Assembly: GCA_038238515.1 (NCBI GenBank)
Contig: JBBRXQ010000001.1
Coordinates: forward strand, 1-46,578
Length of the DNA stretch: 46,578 nucleotides
Direction of reading: 5' to 3'
Source of the DNA: Sphingomonadales bacterium
GTDB lineage: Bacteria > Pseudomonadota > Alphaproteobacteria > Sphingomonadales > Sphingomonadaceae
Shown here: positions 1 through 8,596 of the stretch, in pieces
Layout: every line of letters begins with the position of its first letter
Numbering within the stretch: the stretch's first letter is position 1
Translations under genes and position numbers: made by a program
Notes under the pieces: generated by a model
Told to the model about the DNA's origin: nothing
The model's database searches: none
Seen by the model: the letters and a program-made list of their open reading frames with translations, nothing else

Positions 1-5
1 AGGAA

Positions 6-27
6 GGCGACGCCCGAAGGCGCCGCC
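6..27 (-). terminator. GC-rich hairpin (cUUCGg loop on minus strand) just downstream of ssb
   Basis: GGCGACGCC-CGAA-GGCGCCGCC inverted repeat 10 nt past the ssb stop; any U-tract would lie at or beyond the window edge. Confidence 0.5.
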
Positions 28-36
28 CTGGCGAGT

Positions 37-372
37 TCAGATGAACTCGATCTCTTCGGCGACGATCTCGCAGCCGTAGCGGTCGGTGCCTTCGCTATCG
101 GTCCACTTGGTGTAGTGGAGCCGCCCGATGATCGCGAGCTGGTCGCCTTTGGCCTTGTGCTCGCGCACCGGTAGCCCGAGGCCGTTGAAGACGGTGATCT
201 TGTGGAATTCGGCGTCTTTGAGCGTGTAGCCAGTTTCGGGATCCTTCTGGACTTTGCCGTCGCGGATCCGGGGGCGATCGGTGACGAGCCGAAGCTCGGT
301 GATCTTGGTGCTCGCGGTATCGCGGCTCGTGGGGTCTGCTGCGAGACGACCGATCAGGTGGACTTTGTTCAT
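37..372 (-). CDS. ssb: Single-stranded DNA-binding protein (short plasmid type)
   Basis: MNKVHLIGRL..DP; EFHKITVF; KGDQLAIIGRLHYTKWTD..G.DRY..EIVA OB-fold motifs; AGGAG RBS; no acidic C-terminal tail. Confidence 0.95.
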   Translation of the reverse strand: MNKVHLIGRLAADPTSRDTASTKITELRLVTDRPRIRDGKVQKDPETGYTLKDAEFHKITVFNGLGLPVREHKAKGDQLAIIGRLHYTKWTDSEGTDRYGCEIVAEEIEFI

Positions 373-392
373 GGGCTTGGTCTCCTTGGGTG

Positions 393-576
393 CGGCGGAC
401 TGTCCGCCGGTGACACATGAAGAGCGCCGCCGCCGGGGCGGTCACACCGAAGCGCAAGCGCAGGGAAACCTGAGAGAACCGGAGTGGTGCGGGCAGCCGC
501 GCTTGCGGCAACACGGTCCGGGGCGACGGGTTGTGTCCGCCCGGGCGAGCGGCGCATGTGTCACCTCGAAGGCGGA
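393..576. promoter_or_regulatory. Long nested stem-loop upstream of ssb (Frpo/ssi-like single-strand promoter or priming signal candidate)
   Basis: GGTGACACATG (409-419) pairs with CATGTGTCACC (555-565); GCGCCGC/GCGGCGC; CGCCGGGGCGG/CCGCCCGGGCG; inner hairpins 479-521 and 496-509. Confidence 0.6.
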
Positions 577-939
577 TTGGCTGTCGTACCCTGGCCGGGC
601 CGCTTAAAACACATCCAGTGTCGTCCTGTAGCTGGCCCCTGCTGCACAGCGCACCAATCACCGTTCTGGCGACACAGATCGCCGCGCAGCGACATTTATC
701 CATGGCCCCGTTCGGCACTCGGGGCCGCCGATTTCACATCACTTTCGAGGCCAAGGGTTGCTGCACGCATGGCCTGCAACACAGCGCATCATCATGGCTC
801 CGGCACGGAGTCAGGGATACTGCATGCAGCACGGTTATTCAGGCGAGAGCTCGAAACCGAAATTTGATCCATCATCAGGCCCGGCGGTTCGGGACACGCA
901 CTCGATGAAGGAATCGGGAGTGTCAGTGTCGTTGGGGCG

Positions 940-1440
940 TCAGCGCTGCCATGAACTGGCGTCGCCCGGCAACCGGTTTTCGGCATCGTCGACGGTGACC
1001 TTGCAGCCGCCGCTCTCGTTCCAAAGCCACAATACAGCGCAAGGCGCGCCGTTGATCCGGGATGGAAACAGAAGGCCGTGAAAGCCATCACTGACAAGTC
1101 GCGCCGCAATTTCCCAGCTCGGGACGGTTCTGCCCGTCAGCGAGAGGGCGAACCAATCACAGGCCATAGCAGCGTGATCGATTTCATGTGTCCAGCAGAA
1201 CGCCGGATCGCAGACATCAGCCAGAATCGCGCCCGACACGCGATATCGAGCCAGTGTCACAGGGCGAAAGAGCAGGTCTTGGTTGTATTCGGCAAGCGCA
1301 GTCATCGGGTCGCCCGCCAGATATAGCGCAGGCGAGCCCTTCGCGTTCCAGCGCCCGCCGTTGTGCGCAGCCCCTGCCCCGCTCAGCGGCGCAAACGACC
1401 AGGCCGGGCGAAGCGCCCGGTAAAAGGTGCGGATATTCAT
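940..1440 (-). CDS. RES-domain toxin (RES-Xre TA system)
   Basis: FYRA..SGAGAAHNGGRWN.KGSPALYLA....TALAEY and GLLFPSR RES motifs; ATG at 1440 follows the antitoxin stop. Confidence 0.9.
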   Translation of the reverse strand: MNIRTFYRALRPAWSFAPLSGAGAAHNGGRWNAKGSPALYLAGDPMTALAEYNQDLLFRPVTLARYRVSGAILADVCDPAFCWTHEIDHAAMACDWFALSLTGRTVPSWEIAARLVSDGFHGLLFPSRINGAPCAVLWLWNESGGCKVTVDDAENRLPGDASSWQR

Positions 1441-1450
1441 GCCGCAAGCC

Positions 1451-1807
1451 TCAGGCGTAAACGCCGTTGAGGACGTTCTCGATGTGACCCAGGACCCAGT
1501 CCGCATGGCCATCCCGGACATGCTCCATTGGGGTTTTGGTTCCGAGTGAGAGGATCGGGTTGTATTTGAACCAGATCACCGCACGGTCCATGCTTCCGGT
1601 TGCTTCGGCGACTAGTGCAATGATTTTCGCGAGCGGGCGCAGCGCGCTCTCGGCTTTGGCGCTAGTTGGCTTGGCAGCAAGGGTGTTGCGGCTGACGCCG
1701 ATCGTCGCAGCAAGCTCGCTCAGCGAGATTGCAAGTCGCCGCGCTATCGCGTCGGCATCGAGCGTTACCCCGGAAGCGGTAATGTCTTGGACAACGGGAT
1801 TGAGCAC
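1451..1807 (-). CDS. Xre/MbcA/ParS-type antitoxin
   Basis: N-terminal HTH (ELAATIGVSRNTL) and C-terminal AVIWF...PILSLGTKTPMEHVRDG motif; upstream of RES toxin. Confidence 0.88.
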   Translation of the reverse strand: MLNPVVQDITASGVTLDADAIARRLAISLSELAATIGVSRNTLAAKPTSAKAESALRPLAKIIALVAEATGSMDRAVIWFKYNPILSLGTKTPMEHVRDGHADWVLGHIENVLNGVYA

Positions 1808-1820
1808 GGTTTTACTCCTG

Positions 1821-1852
1821 ATTGATCACATATTGCACAAATGGTGATCAAT
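1821..1852. promoter_or_regulatory. Palindromic operator upstream of the RES-Xre operon
   Basis: ATTGATCAC-N14-GTGATCAAT inverted repeat immediately upstream of the antitoxin RBS. Confidence 0.55.
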
Positions 1853-1881
1853 TTCAACTCAAGCTGCGAAATTCTAAACGA

Positions 1882-1918
1882 ACGAAGGGCCCGCTCGTAA
1901 AACGAGCGAGCCCTTCGT
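1882..1918 (-). terminator. Intrinsic terminator after the DUF736 gene
   Basis: ACGAAGGGCCCGCTCGT-AAA-ACGAGCGAGCCCTTCGT hairpin followed by T-rich sequence on the minus strand. Confidence 0.7.
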
Positions 1919-1922
1919 GGTC

Positions 1923-2426
1923 TCAGGCGTCGGCCAGTTCGCGCTTGCTGCGCGCTTTCGCGCCAGGTGCCGTGCTTTCGCCCAGACCGTCGCCAGTGGG
2001 CGCTTGTGCGCCCTGGTTGTCCGGGCCGGTGTCGTCGCCGCCCGGCAGTGCGGGCAGTTCGTCGCTGTCGCCGCCAGCGCTGCTTACGCGGGGGAGCGCG
2101 GCGCGTTGCACCGGGCGGCGCCATGCGACGTTGTAGCTGCCGTCGTTCTGGCGGAACATCTGGACCTCGATGGGCTTATCCATCGAAGGATCATCGATGC
2201 GGCCCGACAGGAATTCCTCGCCGGTGGTGGCCGAGTTGAACGCCCACAGCGCGCCGACTTTGACCCACGACCGCTTGTCGGCGGCCAGTGCCATCACGTC
2301 GTATGCCGGTGCCTTGGCGTTGGTGCTGTTGACGGGCGAGAGCGCGACGAAAACTGCGATGGAAAGCGTTGTGATGCGGCCCATGTGGATGCCAGCTTCG
2401 TTCGCCTTGAGGGTGCCGATATTCAT
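1923..2426 (-). CDS. DUF736 family protein
   Basis: MNIGTLK....G.HMGRITTL; APAYDV; VGALW; GEEFLSGRIDDPS; YNVAWRR; AGGAG RBS. Confidence 0.85.
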   Translation of the reverse strand: MNIGTLKANEAGIHMGRITTLSIAVFVALSPVNSTNAKAPAYDVMALAADKRSWVKVGALWAFNSATTGEEFLSGRIDDPSMDKPIEVQMFRQNDGSYNVAWRRPVQRAALPRVSSAGGDSDELPALPGGDDTGPDNQGAQAPTGDGLGESTAPGAKARSKRELADA

Positions 2427-2544
2427 GACTTGGTACTCCTGATCTTCCTGAACCCCTTGTCCAGGACGTCAGTCCCTCCCCCCCTCACTCTCCCCGGCGT
2501 TCCGCCGGGACCCACGCGGGCCCGCGCGTGCCTGTTGCCGGCCC

Positions 2545-2871
2545 TCAGGTCGGCGGGCGGAGAATGAACCGCTGCTTTGCATCAACCTGTGCCCGTCCAT
2601 CGGCAGTTCCAAGCGATGCGAGCTGCTCAGTCTCGAGGGTGGCTGCCCGCCCCTCGGGTATCAGGCATTGGTCTTTGACGATCGCTAGCGCCGCACCTGC
2701 CGAGCCGCGTTCATGCGGGAAGGTCCCGACCCAGATATGCGCCTCGTCTTCGCCTTCTTTGTTGATGCTGAACAGCTGGGCAAAGAAGGTTTGCAACGGA
2801 CGATCCCAACCAACGACACCGCGGGTGACGGTGCCGCCGGTTACCAGTGGGCGAAGATCGTGACGGCTCAT
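2545..2871 (-). CDS. Hypothetical plasmid backbone protein
   Basis: Clean ORF with AAGGA RBS; VGWDRPLQTFFAQ motif resembling alphaproteobacterial plasmid proteins. Confidence 0.7.
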   Translation of the reverse strand: MSRHDLRPLVTGGTVTRGVVGWDRPLQTFFAQLFSINKEGEDEAHIWVGTFPHERGSAGAALAIVKDQCLIPEGRAATLETEQLASLGTADGRAQVDAKQRFILRPPT

Positions 2872-2898
2872 GGGATGGTCCTTGTGATCCGGCGCATG

Positions 2899-3261
2899 TC
2901 AGTAGTCGCTTGCGAGCATGATCGTAATCATGCGGGTAGTCTGACTCGCGTCGGCGGGATCCTCGCTTCCGTAAGTCAGCTCAAGATCGTAATAATCAAT
3001 TTTGAAAAACAGCTTTTCGCCGCGAAATTCGAAAGCGCCGAAATCGCGTTCGCCGTGGGCGTCGTTTTCAAACCGGTGGTTGCGCATGGCTTGCAATAGT
3101 TCGGCCTGAGCCATGACCCCGCTGGCAGTGTCGCCTGAGCATAAGGTATCGAGGCAAGTTCGGGTGATGACGGTTTTCGATGTACGGTCCAGGCCATGCC
3201 GGGCCCGGTCGTTCAGGCGCGCGATTGTCTCGGCGCGTGTCAAAGAAACGGCTGTTGCCAT
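2899..3261 (-). CDS. DUF3768 family protein
   Basis: IARLND; NDAHGERDFG.F...GEKLFFKIDYYD; GSEDPAD...TTR.ITIMLASDY. Confidence 0.9.
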   Translation of the reverse strand: MATAVSLTRAETIARLNDRARHGLDRTSKTVITRTCLDTLCSGDTASGVMAQAELLQAMRNHRFENDAHGERDFGAFEFRGEKLFFKIDYYDLELTYGSEDPADASQTTRMITIMLASDY

Positions 3262-3441
3262 AATGGCCTCCTTCGGATTGAAGGCGGATCACAGACGCGG
3301 ATCTGCCCAAGTGCATTATGCGGGTTTGGGGGTGGGATCGCCAAGGCGGCGGGCGTTTTTCAGATCGGCGCACTTCGCCGGGGACGTGTATCCATCCCAA
3401 TCGGGCCAGCTTTCGTATCGTCCGTCCCCCGCAAATCGGCC

Positions 3442-3903
3442 TTAGCAGGCGATGGCGGTGACGTGTCCCTGAGCGGCGTAATCGAGGATTTTGCCGTCTC
3501 GTGTAATGATCGGGATTTGGTAGTGCCGTGCCGTCGCGATGATAAACCTGTCGGCGGGATCACCGTGCAACGGATCGGGTAGGTGCGATGAGGCAATCGC
3601 AATCTCGGCGACAAGTGGTGCCTCTACGATCCCTGGTCCGCCCATGAAGCGCGCGAACCAACCATGCGGGTCGGGAAGAAACGAAACGGCAGGCCGCTTG
3701 TCACCGCGCACGCGGCTCAACAGCCCAACCTCCCATGCCGATGCAGGGGATACGAAAATGCCGCCAGCGAGCGCCGCGTTCGAGATCGCGAGCAATGCAT
3801 CCGCGTCCATCGGATCGCCGTTGGCAAGCCAGATGACCGCGCAAGTGTCCAGCAGCACTGCTGCTGGCACCAGCGCTTGATCGCGTTCTTCAGGTTTCGT
3901 CAC
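3442..3903 (-). CDS. vapC: PIN-domain VapC toxin
   Basis: LLDTCAVIW; VSPASAWE; HGDPADRFIIATAR; ITRD PIN motifs; overlaps antitoxin stop. Confidence 0.92.
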   Translation of the reverse strand: MTKPEERDQALVPAAVLLDTCAVIWLANGDPMDADALLAISNAALAGGIFVSPASAWEVGLLSRVRGDKRPAVSFLPDPHGWFARFMGGPGIVEAPLVAEIAIASSHLPDPLHGDPADRFIIATARHYQIPIITRDGKILDYAAQGHVTAIAC

Positions 3904-4169
3904 TGGTGCAGTAGACCATCGCTGGCGTTCAGCGGTTCGTCGAGCACCGGCGCCAACAGATCGAACCCGTCGGGCATGCCGACCGAGCCACGCATAAACC
4001 CATGCAACGTCTTAACCGCCTCAGCCATGCTCGGCGGCGGTAGTAGTACGGCGACAGCTTTACCGCGTTTGGTTATGGTGACCCGATCGAGATCGCGACG
4101 CGCGAGACGGTCGAGGATCGCCAGGCAGTTGGTCTTGAAGTCGGCCGCGCCGTAGGTTTCAGCTCGCAT
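3900..4169 (-). CDS. Phd/YefM family antitoxin
   Basis: AADFKTNCLAILD; VTITKRGKAVAVL; directly upstream of VapC. Confidence 0.88.
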   Translation of the reverse strand: MRAETYGAADFKTNCLAILDRLARRDLDRVTITKRGKAVAVLLPPPSMAEAVKTLHGFMRGSVGMPDGFDLLAPVLDEPLNASDGLLHQ

Positions 4170-4311
4170 GAGGCACCTTTATAATCAGGTTTTGTGACTG
4201 GTCATATAGGGTGACTATATGAAAATGTCGATAGATGAGTGTGATCGCAGCGAGACCGCGGGTGACGATGTTCGACTGTCCGGGCGGATGAGACTGGTCG
4301 GAGACGAACCA

Positions 4312-4782
4312 TCAAAATTCTCGCTCGCAGACTTCCTGATAAATTGCCGCGACATTTTTGGCCGAAACGCCGTGGCTATTCCCAAGCATTTCGACGTGGC
4401 TTCGCGTGATCATCCGGCCTTCGCCCATGACCGCCATATAATGTTCGCCGCCAGGGCCATTGGAAAACGTCAGGTCGAAAGCGGGGGCAAGGCACCAGTC
4501 CCCGCGATCGTCCATCAGGTAGGCATGTTGGCGGACATGGTCATCGCGGTTGCGCGATAGCACGTTGAACACCATGCGGCGGAACGCCTGTTCGACGTCG
4601 GCCATATTGTGGGTGATCGCCAACGTCGCCCGCAGGAAGCCGTCGTAATCGACGCTTGGCATATGCGGGGAGGCTTCCAGCGCGCCGTGAAGTTCGGCGA
4701 AGCGATCGATCACATCAGCAGCCTTCGGAAAATGGTTGCCAGGCCCGTGCCGTGCGAGAATTTCGGCGCGCACTGCGGACAT
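4312..4782 (-). pseudogene. C-terminal HipA kinase fragment fused to an unrelated N-terminal remnant
   Basis: FRRMVFNVLSRNRDDH.RQHAYLM...GDWCLAPAFDLT is the HipA C-lobe; the P-loop/N-lobe is missing and the first ~35 aa are not HipA-like. Confidence 0.75.
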
Positions 4783-4976
4783 GGTTTCGGCCTCGATGAG
4801 GTTCGGAATGCGCGGCGGCCAGCGTCACTGAAGCACGGTGATCAACATCAGTGCCCACGCCGGAATACCAGCGCACCAATGGTGTCCTAAGGGCCTCAGG
4901 GATCGCGGTGTGTTTGGTCTTTGCCTGGTTCCGACGTGCGCACAACCTCATGGCACCTTACCTGTCCGATGATCGG

Positions 4977-5006
4977 TTGACCGTCTACATTGTTCATGAT
5001 ATGTTC
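4977..5006 (+). promoter_or_regulatory. Sigma70-like promoter overlapped by an alphaproteobacterial LexA (SOS) box
   Basis: TTGACC (4977-82)-N17-TATGTT (5000-05); GTTC-ATGATAT-GTTC (4992-5006) matches GTTC-N7-GTTC. Confidence 0.75.
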
Positions 5007-5028
5007 ATGTTCTCAAGGAGTGAAGCTG

Positions 5029-5514
5029 ATGAAGAATGCGTTTGTTGGCAGGTATTTCGATATAGACATCGTACTGCGTGATGCTTCTCTCGATTCCAAT
5101 AACCGTCCAACGCGGCGGATGATCGCTAATGCCGCGATTGGCGTCGCGGCAGACGATGCGTATTACGCGATGCGTGAACTGCGCGAGGCGGTATCGTGGG
5201 TCCACGAGGGCGACGCACGCGGCAAGCCCAAGCTCAAGCGGCTGCTCGCCAACCGGTGCGACGATTACCAGCGCTGCCTCTATTATGCGCTCGCCGGTCG
5301 CGGCGTCGTCCAGATGCTCGATGATCTTGAATGGCTCGAGGAAATCCTCGAAGCGCGCGCCCGCATCGTTGGCGCCGTCCGCCGTGCCAAGGTTCACTGC
5401 ATGCCACTGGTCGCGCCGTATGTCGCGAGCGAACCCGATGGGATTGTCCCGGCCCCCGAGGGCGACTTCAAGCAGGGGCCTTCATGGTATCTCGATCCGG
5501 CGATCACGGATTGA
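5029..5514 (+). CDS. Hypothetical protein, putatively SOS-regulated
   Basis: AGGAG RBS at 5016-5020; 161 aa with GC3-rich codon usage; only plus-strand gene of this backbone block. Confidence 0.75.
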   Translation: MKNAFVGRYFDIDIVLRDASLDSNNRPTRRMIANAAIGVAADDAYYAMRELREAVSWVHEGDARGKPKLKRLLANRCDDYQRCLYYALAGRGVVQMLDDLEWLEEILEARARIVGAVRRAKVHCMPLVAPYVASEPDGIVPAPEGDFKQGPSWYLDPAITD

Positions 5515-5523
5515 TTGTGCCGA

Positions 5524-5736
5524 TCACAGCACCCGCACTTCCAGCTCGGTAAGGTGCGCTGGCGCGTTATATGCCGCCACAACCTTGTACGGCTGCAGCA
5601 CGTCGCCGGTTCTGACGACGGCAACATCGACGTCGGTGTTGTCGCACAGCTGATAGGCCACGCGGTCAGCATGGGCACGGCTGCAGAGCGTCTGGCGTTT
5701 GTCCGACCGGGCGGGCGGCGAGGTGCAGCTGGACAT
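5524..5736 (-). CDS. Small hypothetical protein (70 aa)
   Basis: MSSCTS...DVAVVRTGDVLQPYKV; fills the gap after DUF6927 on the operon strand; weak GAAAG RBS. Confidence 0.5.
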   Translation of the reverse strand: MSSCTSPPARSDKRQTLCSRAHADRVAYQLCDNTDVDVAVVRTGDVLQPYKVVAAYNAPAHLTELEVRVL

Positions 5737-5770
5737 CGTGATACTTTCTTGTGGCGAGGAAGTGGTCCGC

Positions 5771-6382
5771 TCATGCCCGTGCAGGGAACACAGTGCGGTG
5801 GATGGTCGGCTCGACAATGACGGTCCAGGCGCGATCCATAAGGCGGCTAAGCAGGTACATCTGACCAGTCTCGGGATTGCGAAGGCAGGTTTTGCGCCCG
5901 CGCTTGACCACGATGAAATCCCGGCCTTTGTGGCCATCGGTGAACGTCATTTCTTCGGCGAGCTGGATCTTTGCTCCGTCTGCGATCGTGCGCCGGCGCC
6001 GCCGCAGGGCTTCTACGCATCGGCGGCGCCAGTCGGCGGCGTATTCGTGAGTCGCGGGGTCCAGCAAAGCGAGAATTCGCTCGGGGCATTCAGCCTCGTT
6101 GGGCCCCGCATTTTCATCCATGTCCTTGTAACCAAATACCATTCCTTCCTTGTCGCGCGGGTTCCAGCGAACAAGGCAGATGACCGCGAACACGGCCGTT
6201 TTATCCGCGCCATACGGCTGCACGGCGGCATAGTAGACCTTGTTGCGCAGGCACGACGAAGCTAGCACGCGCAGCCCGCTGCAGCCCTCTTCGCGCGGCG
6301 GGTAAGTCAGCTGCGCGTCGAGATAAGCCTTGGCCGTGGCGTGGCCGCCCATTCCGGCACGCGTCATAAAGAGCCATCCCAT
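5771..6382 (-). CDS. DUF6927-like plasmid protein
   Basis: MGWLFM; VYYAAV; AVICLVRW; FGYKDMDE..GP.E..CP.RIL.LL; YA..WR.RC. Confidence 0.8.
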   Translation of the reverse strand: MGWLFMTRAGMGGHATAKAYLDAQLTYPPREEGCSGLRVLASSCLRNKVYYAAVQPYGADKTAVFAVICLVRWNPRDKEGMVFGYKDMDENAGPNEAECPERILALLDPATHEYAADWRRRCVEALRRRRRTIADGAKIQLAEEMTFTDGHKGRDFIVVKRGRKTCLRNPETGQMYLLSRLMDRAWTVIVEPTIHRTVFPARA

Positions 6383-6384
6383 CG

Positions 6385-7056
6385 TCAATCTCCTGCAAAA
6401 AGTTGAGTTTGGTCGCAGCTGGGCACCATCCCGAGATCACACGCTATGCGGCGCGCAAATTCGGGAATGTCGGCAAGGCAGCTGATGTCGGCGTGGTGGA
6501 TGGGACCACCAAATTCGTCGTGGCGGTTGCGCGCGCGCCGGTATGCGATTTCCCGGCCGCGGCGGAATGCGTCGGTCGAGATCCGCACATGGAGTTGGTC
6601 GCTGCCCAGCGTAACGTCTCCGGGCGGCCCGCCGTGATCAGGCACGCACTGGACCAGACACTGGTCGCGGGATACGCCAAGTTCGAAGGCAATCTGGCGC
6701 ACCGCGCGCGATGCCTCGCGCCGGAAGGCACGTTTGGCCTCCGGGTCATATTCAAGACCGCGCCGGACAAGAGCGATGATCGCGGGCTTGGCTTTGAGCT
6801 CGGCAATTCTGTCGAGGCACTGGCGCCGGAGAAATGCGTCCTCGCGCTGGCTGTCGGCAGGACCTTGCGGTGACGCCAGTCGCCCAAGGTGGCGCGCGAG
6901 GAGGATGACGCCCGGATCCCGCTCGGGATCGAGCCCGGCGTTGCGCGCATCTTTGATGGCATCCTCGACGGCCTGGACAGCGGTTGTGAGGATCGACAAC
7001 CCCTCGGGCTGCAGTGCACGGGCATAGCGGAAGTCGAGATCGTAAATCATCGGCAT
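6385..7056 (-). CDS. Hypothetical plasmid backbone protein
   Basis: Long ORF in operon orientation; DARNAG.DPE.DP.V.LLARHLG motif; start may be 7050. Confidence 0.75.
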   Translation of the reverse strand: MPMIYDLDFRYARALQPEGLSILTTAVQAVEDAIKDARNAGLDPERDPGVILLARHLGRLASPQGPADSQREDAFLRRQCLDRIAELKAKPAIIALVRRGLEYDPEAKRAFRREASRAVRQIAFELGVSRDQCLVQCVPDHGGPPGDVTLGSDQLHVRISTDAFRRGREIAYRRARNRHDEFGGPIHHADISCLADIPEFARRIACDLGMVPSCDQTQLFAGD

Positions 7057-7101
7057 TGTCCTTCGTTCCTGAAGTGTCGATGCTTTCTCTCCCCCTCCTC
7101 T

Positions 7102-7566
7102 TTAGTGAAGCCTGCCGCCGTTTCGCTGGGCTGTGACCGCATCGACGGTAAGGATTTCGGCACTATCCTTGCGCATCCGGACCAGCCCGCCCGAATAATG
7201 GTGGGCTGCCTCGTCGAGCGTGGCGAAGCTGAATTCCAGCGGCAACGCGCGCGGCATGACTGTCGACACGATCTGGCAGAGCTGGCGCAGATTGGGTCGG
7301 CCATCGCGATCATAGATGCGCACATTGCCAGTGTTCTCGGCCATCAGTTCAATGCCGGGGTCATCGTGTCCTATGGAGGCCGCGAAGATCATTTCGGCAC
7401 GCTCGCCACTGGCTGTGCCTGCAACGAGAAAGTCTGCCAGTTCGCGCTGAACCAGCGCCTTGGAATTGGCTTGCCGCGCATCAAGGAATTCGAACACCTG
7501 GACAATGCGATGAAGTTCCTCGAGTGCGACAGCCAACGTCAGGCTAAAGCGCGTTATGGTCGACAT
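7102..7566 (-). CDS. Hypothetical protein
   Basis: AAGGAG RBS before ATG 7566; overlaps the ArdC 3' end; operon context. Confidence 0.65.
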   Translation of the reverse strand: MSTITRFSLTLAVALEELHRIVQVFEFLDARQANSKALVQRELADFLVAGTASGERAEMIFAASIGHDDPGIELMAENTGNVRIYDRDGRPNLRQLCQIVSTVMPRALPLEFSFATLDEAAHHYSGGLVRMRKDSAEILTVDAVTAQRNGGRLH

Positions 7567-8485
7567 CGTCCCGCTCCTTATCGGCCGGGGTTCCAAACGT
7601 TTCGCCAAATGACTTGAGGTAGCGCACCGCTTGTTCAGCCTTTGAGGCCGCGTGGATGATGGCGGTTTTGTCGCCTTTAAGCACCTTCAACCAGTGCGCA
7701 ACGTAACTGGCATGATTATCATGCAGGTCTGCCGGAAGATCGAGTTCGGCGCAGATTAACGATTGTCCTATCGCAGCGATCAGTTCTTCAAAAGCGTAAG
7801 CATCGTCGCCGAACCGCTTACCGAATGTTCGTGCGAGACGCGTGGGTCCTCCAGACCAATGAACAATTTCGTGACCCAGCGTGCTGGCGTGATGATCTTG
7901 TGTCTTAAATGCGGCTTTGTGCGGCACCTGCACAAAATCATAAGTAGGCGAAAAGAACGCCTGGTTCCCGCCGTGACGGATATCGGCCGGGATGGCCGCA
8001 AAGAACGCGTCGATGGCCGCCTGGCGTGCCGATGGCTCGATCACTTGCGGTTCGGCGTTCGGCGTAAAGTGCGGCGGCAGGCCGGCAATCTGGTCGCAGT
8101 TGAACACGATGTAGTGCCGCATGAACCGGATCAGCCGCGAGTGTTCTTCGCCGGTGGCCGCATCGGTGTCAGTTTTGCTGACCGCGTTGAAGAAGACGCT
8201 AAGTGAGCCCGTCTCGCCGCGCCGCACTTGCGCGCCAAGTGCTTCGGCCTGCTTGTAGGTCATCCAGTATGGGCTGCCGTACCCGGCGTCAGCGCCGACG
8301 GCCCATAGGTAGAGGCAGTTGATGCCCGAGTAGGCCTCTCCGTTGTGGCGAAGCGGTCGCCCGCCGGTGCCGCCTGCGCCAGACCAGCTGCGCATCCAAG
8401 GCGCGGTCCCGGCCTCGATCTTGGCGATGATGAGATTGGTGATTTCGGCCGCGATATCGCGGCGCTCGGCCTGTGGCTTAGGCAT
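7544..8485 (-). CDS. ardC: ArdC antirestriction/ssDNA-binding protein with zincin-like metallopeptidase domain
   Basis: GTAPW..SW; YSGIN.L.LW; WMTYKQA..LGAQVRRGE; VFNCDQ; HEIVHWSG; YAFEELIA; HASYVAHWL. Confidence 0.93.
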   Translation of the reverse strand: MPKPQAERRDIAAEITNLIIAKIEAGTAPWMRSWSGAGGTGGRPLRHNGEAYSGINCLYLWAVGADAGYGSPYWMTYKQAEALGAQVRRGETGSLSVFFNAVSKTDTDAATGEEHSRLIRFMRHYIVFNCDQIAGLPPHFTPNAEPQVIEPSARQAAIDAFFAAIPADIRHGGNQAFFSPTYDFVQVPHKAAFKTQDHHASTLGHEIVHWSGGPTRLARTFGKRFGDDAYAFEELIAAIGQSLICAELDLPADLHDNHASYVAHWLKVLKGDKTAIIHAASKAEQAVRYLKSFGETFGTPADKERDDVDHNAL

Positions 8486-8554
8486 TGCGCGTCTCCTGAC
8501 GATGGGCACAGCTTCGCCGGTCGGGACTGGCGAGCTTGCTGGATTTGGGGGAGT

Positions 8555-8578
8555 GCAGCCGGGCCGAAGCCCGACTGC
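8555..8578 (-). terminator. cUUCGg hairpin downstream of the ParB-like gene
   Basis: GCAGCCGGGC-CGAA-GCCCGACTGC; no U-tract. Confidence 0.35.
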
Positions 8579-8596
8579 TAGAGTCCGCAGACGCGG

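Noticed and set aside
95-908. Several 100-200 aa ORFs overlapping ssb and its upstream region
   Set aside because: Arg/Pro-rich shadow ORFs typical of high-GC DNA; the region is better explained as structured non-coding sequence
4312-4782. Intact HipA toxin
   Set aside because: Lacks the N-lobe and P-loop and has no cognate hipB
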